Part shown: positions 1-12,100 of the stretch, piece after piece | Numbering within the stretch: the stretch's first letter is position 1 | Layout: every line of letters starts with the position of its first letter | From: Tubiluchus corallicola | Taxonomy: Eukaryota; Animalia; Priapulida | Reading direction: 5' to 3' | Assembly (NCBI GenBank): GCA_030141605.1 | Contig: JAQGDQ010000018.1 | Coordinates: 124,001-188,000, forward strand | Length of the DNA: 64,000 nucleotides | Translations under genes and position numbers: made by a program | The notes under the pieces: generated by a model | The model's input: the letters and a program-made list of their open reading frames with translations, nothing else | Database searches by the model: none | What the model was told of the DNA's origin: nothing

Positions 1-109
1 GCGACGAGGGTCGTTTGACAGTGACGGCGCGAAATTCCCAAGGTGAGCACTCTTGCACAGTTTCTGTGCAGGTGTACACTGATGAGGAGGAATATGCAGA
101 TTATACCCG
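1..109 (+). CDS. exon 1 (partial): end of Ig domain
   Basis: [35 protein letters not shown]; donor CG|GTAATT, phase 2. Confidence 0.85.
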
Positions 110-3100
110 GTAATTATGAATTATTTGATTAGTAACGATTATTTCTCTGAAGAAGCATTAACGAGTTTCTTTCATCTAATTGTGCTCATCACATTAAGTG
201 TTTTGTGTGCAGCTGCATGTAGTTTTTGTTCATGCTGGGTACTTCCTTATTATTTTTTGGCAAAAGAGGGCTTATTATTTCTTGGCAAAAGAGGGCAGCA
301 CAGTGTTGTCTAGTAATTTAGGTTAGGACAAATGCATTTTTGATTTTCCATTCATTGCTAATCTCATGCTTAAGTTTTGGTTTTCTTTGCAGATATTTCT
401 AAGATAAACAACCCTCTTGAAAGCATTTTTGTAAGGTTATAGTAATAGCTGACTGGTGTAAAATTGGGAAAAAACCAGATATGATAGTTTCTTTTTAATG
501 AAGTCGTATTTTAAAGTCCAAATCCTTTCTCTTTTTATTTCTTTTTCATATCAATTCATACTTCAAAGGAAATAATAAAGCCTGCTAATTTAATCTGAAA
601 TTGTTATCATAAGTAGTAACTTGCACATATTCATCTTCTGAAAATCACGGTAGAAGATGAACATTTTTTTCTCCCTCTATACTGCTTTCTTGCTCGTACT
701 GAACAGCTGTGTATTGGAAGAATATACTGAATGACCACAACTTTCATTGCAGTAAGGCACACAGCATTCAGAATAAATTTTGAATTTGTATTTAATGTGC
801 AACTAATCTTAATAATTTAACTTTAGTGCCTTGATAAACATATGTCACACATAAAAACTGCAAGTATGAGCTCAGCTTAACTGCTTTAATTACAGACAAA
901 TCTTCTACAAAATTTTAGACAAGTTAGTGATTATTATGCAACACACTGCCAAAAGCATACAAAAATTTTGTTTTTTATAAAGTTTAATTTCTTTTACGGA
1001 TCTACTAGTTATACTAGCCATACATATTTTGTGTACATTAATGCATGTGAATGTTTTTATGTTGTGAAATTTCAAGATTATTAATATAACTATTGAATGA
1101 GTAGTGTTAAATGTCTTATTGAACTGCAGCAAATTCATGCTGAACTAGAGGAATTTTTGTCTATGTTTCGCATTCTGTGCAATGAAATTATCTCCTAGTT
1201 GAAGTCTTATTTAAAACACCTAACTTTAACAATATTACCATTATCAGTGTATTAGCTTTGCTTGTTTTAAGACAACAGAGAAAATCCTTCACTGGGTGGT
1301 AATAAGGAAAGCAACACATGTTTTTAGTGATGTTATTATTATTTAATGGGGAGCACATTCAACTGACCAAGTCCAGCAGAGAGAGAGTCCAGCAGATTTT
1401 TGTTGTTTATAATGTTGCTTGTGTTTGTACTGAAGCAGAAGTGATGAGGCTGTACTGCAGTCCACTACTATTATTAATGTGTTGTAAGGATATTTGTGTA
1501 ACATCTTATCATTGTGTAATCTTGAATGTGCAGTCTTGAATAACTGTAAGGGCAGCGATTTTCCATATGGTAATAATCTAAGAACTTTGGTTTGTTCTGG
1601 TTTGGCTAATTTAAAGATCCATTACTTGTGATGATGCATATAATTATAGTTTTCAAAACATTGTTAAAGTGAAATGCTTGCAATTTTATTTTGAAAGCAT
1701 ATTTTACTATATATCTCAAGTTAGTAACATGATTTGGGTTCATAGTGAGTGATTAAGTACGGTGATTTGTTTGGCATATGACGCAGTTATCTAAAATTTT
1801 ACTTTTCAGTGTTCAAACATGGAACAACTTTCTGCCTTAGTATTTTGTGTACTAGTACTCAGTTTCAGATGGAGAAAACCCTTTTATGAACAAGTGTGAT
1901 GAGTTTAGTTAGATAAGTGGGGAAGTCAAAATAAATCATCAAGTTTCCAGCCAATGTTGTGTATACTGAGAAAAAACCTAGATAAATATTTGATTAATGT
2001 AATTGACTGTCTGAAATCTTAATTATTTATGTTCAGATGATTAACTTCTTATAAGCCAGCAAAGATTTGCCAATCTTGTGCAACAAAGACTAGGTTAATT
2101 CTTGCAATAAATGGACATGTTTCTGTTTTGTTTTCTTTTTAGGAATTTTTCTTAGGAGAAAACAGGTATTATTCTTTCACATTAATATGTACAATAAAAA
2201 TTAGCTTGGCTTTATTCTTGTAAAGCTTGTCTATACCACTGCAGCAGTAAATTCATTTCTCAAGCATGGTATTTTTACTACAGCAGGATCTTGTATATTT
2301 GCCCTGGTATCAGCTACCAGTACTTACTGCTGTTTGCCTGAAAACGATCCTTTCAGGATATGCTTGTTTTTACTACTCGCGTTGCAATGGAACCAGTAGA
2401 CGTCATGGTTTATGGCAAAGACATGAAATCAATTAGCAAGCCGGTTTATATTAAATAGAAGAATTATTGTGGTTGTATTTCACTGAAATTGAATTTAAAC
2501 TTCTCTCTAGCTTCTGGTTTAAATTGTGGTTGTGCTGATGCATTTAGTCGTTTGCTCAGCTGTGGTTGTTGGTGTTTGTTTCTTTGTTATGTTTTCATAG
2601 TTTTGTGTTTCAATGTCACTTTAAAGGTGCTTCGAATCTATATGTGTGCATTTAGTAGCTAGGATTCACTGCAGTAGTAGCTAGTCAGCACTAGAACCAG
2701 CAGCTAATCTGTGCATACAAGTCTGGGATTCCATATACTGAATCTGATGAAGCTAATATGTGTGATGTGTGTAAATAAAATCAGACAGAATCCAGCCGGG
2801 AATCATTGCGAGAAAGGATAACATGGACACGTAGTTGGCTGTGTAGATATCTTTGACTGCTGTCTGTACAGATGAAGCTTATTGTGCAAAGTGTACTTCG
2901 TGTAATACCAGTTGTCACAGTCATTATATATTCCTCGATATTTCCTAATTGTTAGTGCTTATTAGCAAATTATGAAAAAGTTTATAGTTTCAATGTGGTA
3001 CTAAAGGTGAGTAGTCTGGATTACCTGCTAGGCTGTTTTATCAAATAGCACAGCACATTTATGATTAACTAGTCATCAAATCATCATTAGTTGAACTAAT

Positions 3101-6100
3101 TATTTATGACTTGATAATTATCACATACCTATTGTAGTTGTACAGTACTTTAATTTGTCTGTTAAATTAATTGTAATGGTTAGTAAACAAGTGCTACTTG
3201 TTTTTGAAATGGCAATTCGGTAGCTTCCATGCTTCAGTTGAAGACTCAAACACCACAAAATTGTGCCCTAATTTTGAATATTCTACATTTAATTATTATG
3301 TATGTTGCTTTTTATGTTCATGCTTATGTATGCAAGCTCTTTCCATCAGAATATGAATGTTTATAATTACAAATGTTCACTGCAAGGTCTGCAAACTAAG
3401 TTGTTGATGAATCAGTTAATCTTTACTGAGGCCATGGCTGTCTTCTGTTCTTGGGCTAGCACAAGATTTCTTAAGAAGGTTGTATAAGGTTTCACTCATT
3501 CCGGAATGTGTCTGTTCGCAACTTGCAGAGAAAGTAAATATATATACGCTATACTGGACACAGAGATTAAATCTAGAGTCACACAAGGAAAAAAGATATG
3601 TGTCTCAAAAGTCAGTATACTCTTTAATTTCTATTTTTTAGCTTTTCGTCTTATCTTAACAAACTTTGGCATGAAGCATAAGTGGTCTTTGTCAATTTTT
3701 TTATTTAAATTTTGTCTGAAACTCAAAATGTCTAAAACTCAAACTGAAACCTAATAAGAAGTCCTTTGATCATAAACTGGAGTGCAGTGGAAATTCAGAA
3801 CAGCATATGGACCGCTCTATGGTCTCACTATTAGTTTTGTACCAGTGTAAAGCACTTCCTCACTGCTCGCCAACTGTGAGAGACTATCAATGCAAGATAT
3901 TGAACTTGCCACTGGATTGGTCCCTGAGGCTCTTTCCACTGGAAGTTTAGGACTTGACGTAGTTGACATTCTGGAATTTTTTACAACCAAGCTAGAATTC
4001 CACAAAAAGACCAACGCACCTTCAGTCGTCCTTCATGATCTCGAAATAACAATTAGAGATTGTTTTGCAAACGTCTAATTGGAAAAGCTTGCTGTTGTTA
4101 GAAATGCTTGTGTTAATCATTAGCATAAGTGGTTTTAGTTCATCTGTACCAATTTTCAAATGTTTTATTTGTTAAAGTGTACTGACTTTTGAAACTATAT
4201 AGCGCCAAGCCAATTAGACCTTTTTTAAATCATAACTGTCTTGCTATCATTCTTTTTTAAGTGACACATTCTTGATATTGGTGGTTGGATTATAATACAG
4301 GCTCTACAACTCAAGCACCAAAAATATGCTAAAATTCTTCTTTCAGTGTTTAATAATAAGAATTTCATTTTCAGTTCGGTCTCTTTTAAGTTTGCAAATC
4401 TTTATTAGCTAGACAACTGAGTTGAAAGTTGTGAATGTTTAATATACGAGTAATAAATACTTCAACATCAACTTGTTACTATTTTGCTTTTACTGATTGT
4501 TGTCAAATGGAGTACCAGCGCCTGATCATATTTGTAGAGCATAAAAGCTGGGTGTTTATTTGTTAAGACCAGTAAATTGGAATGCCATGTGTTGGGAAAA
4601 AGCCGCTTTGCACCGTCATTGCTACTAACCAGAGTACGTTGAATAGTGCATCATCCCATTTCTTGTGACCAGGCTTGAAATGTTTATGTGTAACTTAATT
4701 TTGTTATAAATTAGAAAAAATGATTTATAAATGCCATTAATAAAGTCACTGTGTGATTTGTTACTTCTTTTAGTTGAAAAAATATGTAGAGAGTATTGAA
4801 ATGTTTCTTACATTTGAGAATGTGGATTTTGTATCTTGTCTTATTCCGTGCACACTAGCACGCTATAGTAAGTAGATGAAGCATAAAGGAAGATAAAAAA
4901 TTTTACAACTGCTCTTCACTTAATGTAACAAAGCAAATCAGGTTCTTTCATTTTAGAGATTATGCAATGTGTACACTTGCTTTATTAAGAAAAAGAAAAG
5001 TCAAGTGTTACTGTGTGATGCATATTGACTGTTTCCATGTGTCCATAAATGCTGTGTGTATTAACAAAGATCACAATGTTCTTGCCACCATTTTTGGTTG
5101 CAATTCTTGAAAATTGGAAACAATAACTTTTTGAAACCATGTCTCTGTTGAAATTTTAGCATGACAGTCAGTGATCAAGAAATAAGTATAGCAGTGGCAT
5201 TAGTCTTATCATTGTACTGTGAATTAGGTTTTGGGAGCATAATATTTTGCAGGGACGAGAATAAGACGGCGTGCGTCACCACTTAGTGAAAGAACCGAAA
5301 TTAGATTCACAACAACAATTCCATACTACTTCCATTTCTCAAAAATTCAAATTGAAGGAATATCATTGTGTGACGTGTGTATAGATCCTGAAGAGACCAA
5401 AACTCACCTCATCGGGAAAGTGATCAGTAAATATAGGTCTTTAGAAACATGAAACTCGCTAAATCACCTAGGTAGTGGTGGCTTCCCCTCGGCGGTTTGA
5501 TGCGTATGTCGATGATACGTCACACGTCATGGATTGTCCATTACGTACATGGATACATTTACATGTGTTTAAATACAAACTGATGTATGCGCATTACGGA
5601 TCAAGCATCACGCATTATGCTTAAGTGGAGTCCTACCTTTACTCTACAAGTAGAGCTCAAATTGAACTACACAAATTACCAGTCATATTGACATATACCG
5701 ATGTATAACCAATGAATAAATCTTTAGCTTTGCCATACTTAAAGCATGGTGTTGTATGTTTTATCCAGTCATTGTTATTTGCATAGATAAATTACTGTTA
5801 CTTCTGAGTACTACATAGAAATTTTAACACTTACTCACAGGGATGACTACTATGAGAGTCAGACTACAGAAGTCACCCAGCAGGATTTTCGACGAGTACT
5901 GAAACGACACATTGAAGTGCGGCACAAACCGGAATTCGTTCGAGAACTAATGGATAAATACGTGAGAGAAGGTGATCCAGTCACATTTGAGTGCATCATT
6001 ACTGGTGAACCGGAACCAGATATCGTATGGACTGTGGATGGCAATGAAATCAGGTATTTGTTAAAAGTAATACCAGTGGCGGCTCGTGTATTGGTACTGT

Positions 6101-9100
6101 TGTACTGCAGCACCCCCTGTTTTCACTCATTATTATCAATAATATTCAATATAATGATCTTTTTTCTTTAATTTTTTCTTTAAGCTTGTGTGGAGCCAGA
6201 GGACGTGAGGGAATTACAATTTGTTTCAGATCCCAAGCAATACAGTGTTTGGCTTCTGTGCGCATGCGGCCATGTGCACATGTTTGAGATAAGATACTGT
6301 ACTTTAGGTAGAAAGAGTACTGTCGCTCAGTGCAGTACATGTTGTCAGTTGTCACATACTTAAAAGCCATGTATCGGCATATTCTTCAACTGCGACAATT
6401 TAGGCATTCATAAGAAAACAATATTTTTTGCTTAGGAGTTTATCAAGGTTATGTTTGAATTAGTTTGTTTGTTTAAAATTACAATTACAACATTATAATT
6501 ACATGTGTTTGTTTCTTTTTACACAGTATTAAAAGAATGGCTAAAAAAAATTTTAATTATGCAGCACCCCCACTAATTTTAGCTACGAGCCGCCACTGGG
6601 TAATATTGTAGAAAAATGTAGATTTTTGCTGTCCTTCCTTTATTTCTTTGAGAAGTGGTCCCTCCAGTGAAAAACTATTGATTTTCTAGAGAATGAGACT
6701 ACACCTGTAGCGCCCTCCATTGAGCAAACCTTCGAACATTGTGTTTTGCAAAAAGTACAAGAAAGATGTTCAGAAATAAGGATCTTTCATTTTGGGTTTT
6801 CTTGATGTCCCTTATCCATAAAATTCCTTATTTTCATTAGTTGTGTTATACTTTATATTTATTTATAGAAATATGAATGATGTGTATTATTAATGTACCT
6901 TGATTCGTGCTACGATTTAAATCAATGTAAACAGATTTTCAGAAGGCATAGAAAAACTTTAATTTACATATTTGTGTATAAATGTTAACCTGTTCCCGTA
7001 GCTATGAACATGTAGTATACGTAGTTACCGTGTTGCCTTCCCGTTTTGTCACCGTTTTGCAGGATTGTTGATGCCCGCTGAAGCCTCCTGCTGCTCCATG
7101 ATTTTGAAAGTGGTTTTGGAAATGGCTGCGAAAATGAAAATCTTCATCATCACCAATATCGTCAAACAGAGAATCGAAATCGAATATTCCGTCTCCATTA
7201 TCACCATGTTGGGCCCTTTGGTGAAATTCATTGTGGTGCTTGAAGTGTTCATCAAAATTCTTGAAAAAAGCTTTGAAATCGAAATCAAATGTCGTGCCGG
7301 TATTTGCCCATGTACCTGATTGGCCAAAATTGTCATATTGTGCACGTTTGTCTCTGTCTGACAGAACTTCATAAGCTTCGGCTATTTTTCGAAATTTTGA
7401 TTCTGCATCGTTGTCCTTATTCTTGTCTGGGTGGTATTTCAATGCTAGTTTTCTGAATGCTTTCTTTATTTCTTTTTCTGTTGCTGTTCTTTCTACACCT
7501 AAAACCTTATAGTAATTTTTACTGTTGTTATCTTCATTGTCGTTGTTTCCTGGTCCGTCACCTTTTGCAGGTGTTACGTAGATGCAGAAGATGAACACGA
7601 ACATTAATAATTGGCTTCCATCCATGAATATTGTTAACTTTCACCAGCCTTATTTTCACACATACATTAAGAACAAAAGCTAATTTCTAAGAAATGTAAA
7701 CTTCCATAAGACAGCTTTCTTAGCAAAACACTCATCACAAATGCTATCTTGATCCTCCTCGTGATAGAGATTTGGAATTTTTAACAGCTATCATTTAAAA
7801 AGCTATAAATAACTTTCAAGGCTAATTCGAAGACTTGTTTCACATCAGCTATCAACCTGCAATAGTCATGTAATTTCGGATAAAATTTACTGTTTAGAAC
7901 GTTTTAAAAACACTGTAATTGTTTTAACAATAATTTAGTGAAGCAATTGTTTTGAAATTTTCAGTTTGTTTTAACTTAGAATTTTTTTCTTCTTTTCAAC
8001 TTGACAAAACTCATCAGCCTATAGAATTTTCTTTTCAATGTGGTAAAGGTGCATCAACCTATAGAATTTTCTCTTTTTCAAAGTGAGTAAGCTGCATCAG
8101 TCTATGTGCACTTGTAGTGGCATAACCTTCGTGCATTCTAGTTGTTATAGCATTCCCAACTTTATTACAGTGTCTTTGTTTTTGACTATGTATGTTAGAA
8201 AAATGTTTGAAAATTGATATGTTACATAGTTAATTGCCTACACTGTTTTTGACTACTTTAAATAGTTTTAAAACTAAATTTTTTTACTTATTGCCATTTG
8301 GTGACAACACCAGCGAACTTTATTTTAATTACATTTAAGTTTTTAGCAGTTAGGCAAATGGCGTAGTAATCACTTCAAATACTAGCTTCTAATATGCAGT
8401 TGTTGTTGGTGAACAGAACAGTTCTCAAACTAAATTATTCTTCTCTTCTGCTCTCATAAATGTAATAATAGTTTTAGTTTTAAGAATTTTTGTCCAATTT
8501 TTGCCTCCATTTGTATTTTTAACAACAATAATTATTTTGTTTTAAAATTGTTTAAAATTTAGTTATTGTTACTGTTATTGTTTGCTGCTGAATTTTTGTA
8601 TAACAAACCTGCAACCTGAAATTTTGTATTCTTGAGTCTCTTATTATTTGCAATTAAGTTTATAGCTCACTATTATCCTCGATTAAATTTGCTAATGTGC
8701 CAGGTCAAATGTGCTAGAAATCATTCGAAGTAAGAATTTGACGTGGATCATATTAAGAAGCATTCAACAAATTTAGGTACATTAAGTGTAGCAGTATTTC
8801 ATGAGTTGTGCATTATTTGCCTAAAAGCAATTGATTGATGGTATCGTGTCAGGAGTTGTGTATTAACTGTTTTTCCTGTGACGTTTAGTAGTATTTATTT
8901 ATTATTAAATTCCATCAATTTTTTTTCATAATTTCATTAAGACAATAACTAAGAAATATAGAACACACCTTTTACTTTTGATTGTTAGTTTGATTATTAA
9001 TTTCTTTTATAAATTCGGCTGGTTTCATATTTTTCCACAGAACTAAATCTGTTGGAACTATATACTTACATTTTTTTCTAATTTTGCACTAACTTGGAAG

Positions 9101-12100
9101 TACTAATGACTGCACTCCGTCATCATTCACTGATTATCAGTAACATCCCATTCGCCATAATATTTCTCTGACTGCTGCTGGAAGCAGAGAAGGAGGTAGA
9201 GAGCATTAAATTACACATAAATATGCCTCCCAGAGAGTTGAAAGGTTGGATTTCCCTGGAGAATAAGGGTTAAAGACATGAATGGTGCAGATGAACAGTA
9301 ACATTTTGTGATAATTCTTCGACTTGGCAATTGTTCTCTTTAAAGAGGAAAGTATTGACCAAGCAGAATATTTTTAATGACTAATAAACAGTGTACTAAG
9401 CACAAACAAAACGAACATTTTAAAAAATTAGTTTACATTTTTTGTAAGATAATAAGATGTTCATTTTGGACTAAAATGCACTTTCGTGACTTGAAATTTA
9501 ATTCTTATTTACCATTCTGCTGTTTCTGTTTCTGTTTACTGTTTTTTGATATAAAAAACCACAATTATTAACTTAACGAAACCAAACCTGAAATTGTTAG
9601 ATTCCTCGGCCAGTTATTAAGTTTAAATTAAGACCTGGCTTGATACCAAGCTCTAGCATTCCTGGCGTTGAACTTATAATACAGAAGTGCTTGGTTCATA
9701 TCTAGACTCAGTTCCGATTTCTTCCCATTTTCTTTTTTGTTCAGTTGGTTTAAAACTTTTAATAATTGTGGGTCATTCCACCATTAAATAATAGTCTTGA
9801 AATTAGGATTATGAAATAACTAATTATTGTCTCATGTTTTTGCAGAGAGTCCGATGATTTTCACATGACATACAGTGATGGGATTGCTAGGCTTCACATC
9901 CGGAAAACTTTGCCCGAGGATGAAGGGGAATATAAATGTACAGCTACCAATGCAGCAGGCCATACATCCTGCGTGGCTGACCTCAATGTAAAAGGTATAT
10001 TAGGCAACTGTCGAATTAAAACTCAGATATCTGGAAAGAGCAATAACGATGTAAAAACACTTTACATTTTTATTCGTCTCCTACTTAGAACTCACACGAA
10101 CCATAATAACTTTTCTTATGACTACTCAAAGGTTGTATTACGCCATTCTGTTTTCATTTTTTTGCAATAATTAAATAATCATTACTTTAATCACTGTCTA
10201 ATATTCCCCCTGATTTCTTTTTTATGACCTTTTCTATTTCTTTGTAACCAAATTTTTCTAATATTGTAAATTTTGAATAGTTTTTATAGTTTATGATTTA
10301 CTGGTTTTTAATGGTTTATTGAATAAGCCTACATGTATCAATTTATGAAGTCAAATAGATCTTATAAATTACTGTATATATTATACTGCAATGCAGATGA
10401 AACATTTTCCATTGCCATTACAATCAAATCACATGCACATTAAATTATGTTTCAGTTGCTGTAACTGTAAATCAGAATCCTTGCATTTACTACGGACATT
10501 GTTACCAGTTACCACAGGGCAATGTTCCGTACTGTCATTGTGTTTTCATGTTTATTAAGCATTTCCACAATTTTTTTTAATTTTACATCGTTACATTCCT
10601 GTTTTATCATAAATATTACTATATTATATATATTAATATAGTAATATATATATATGTATATCCAAAGCTTTTTACTATACACGTTTTGTGAATGGTATAG
10701 CATATTTGGTAAGTTTAAAACCTTTTGAAACATTTTTATCAGTTATGAACAGAAGTTGTAAGCTTGCTCTTTGCATCTTTTAACACTTAAATGGCATTAC
10801 GGACAGTAGACTCACATTACTGAAACTGACATTGAGCAAATGTATAATTTTTTTCCAAGTTTCAATGCCCCCATATAAGTTGGCAGTAAGCTCCTATTTC
10901 AATTTTATTGTCAATTATATTGATAATGGGAGAACATTTTTGGTATTGGGAGACTACGAATTTTGCTTGTTTTAGATAAAAAAAGAGTATAATTAATTTT
11001 TCTGTTTAATTTGAATGTTCATGTTAACTGTATAGCGTCTTGTAATCATAAATGTTCATGTTCATTTTGCATTATACAAATAACCATAAGCACAACCATA
11101 GTTTTCTTCTATGGTTAACTTACATTTCCATAACTTTATCTATATAACTTTCCCAGCTAAACTGCACACCACTACTGTTTAGCCCTTACATTAATTTTTA
11201 TGATTTTTAAGTGCAATTTACGTCGTCCAAACTTAATACAGCAATTTAGTGCTGACAGTATGCTGACTGTAATTATTTTGTTTATTTAACCTGATGCTTT
11301 GGATCTGATTGCTGACTTTCCTTACCGGATGAAAAATGGATGATTTTTGGTTGTAAGTATTGTTGGCAGTTTGGTCATACATGTTGTTGCAACTGTCGGT
11401 GGCTGTGGTTTGATCATGGGTTTTTTATTAAATCTAACTTTTCCTTTTTCTGAAAGTTCCTTGACGCCTCATTAACATATGATTATCTACTAATATACTT
11501 ATTTAGGCTTTCAGTTAGTTTTATCATTATCATTGACACCTTCCCTCATATTACATCTTCTCGCAAGCTGTACAATTCCAGCAACTAGATTTTTGTTCTT
11601 TAACTTCTTGCTTGAATTCCAGGTGGCGGTATTTTAAAGAAGGATTTTTCACGATCCACTGATTATGGTAAAGCCATGCAAGAAATGCTTGAGCATTTCT
11701 TCTTAGATAGAAACGATGTTATCAGTTGATTTCAGCATTCGAATTCTGTTTACAGAATTCAAAACGAATCTGAAATAACAGCACATGTTCTTAAGATCCT
11801 TTCCTTACTGATACTTTTACAGACTTTCTAGATTCTCTTAACTTGTGATGACTAATGAATGATCTTTGTCTTAATTAACGGTATACTATCAGTGCATGTT
11901 GCTATGTCACTGGGAAGAGTTCGTTTTGTCATTTTTGCCTTTGAATAAGTGGGATAGATAGATTAGATTTGGTTGTCTTAGACTGTGATTGATTTGCAAT
12001 TGACTCATCATTTTCAAACCTCTAAGATGCAATCTGGTAACTATATTTATAGTTGTTTCCAGAGTAGCATAAAACATTTAAAAATCTGTCTGGCAAATCA

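Noticed and set aside
3817-4078. Slightly GC-richer stretch with 62-65 aa ORFs on both strands
   Set aside because: No recognisable domain, an in-frame stop shortly upstream, and no phase-compatible splice sites linking it to the gene.
7049-7372. Alternative-frame and antisense ORFs overlapping DNAJB9
   Set aside because: Shadows of the real CDS with no motifs.
11290-12060. Minus-strand A-rich, coding-like texture, possibly a decayed TE ORF
   Set aside because: Many stops and no motif I can identify with confidence.
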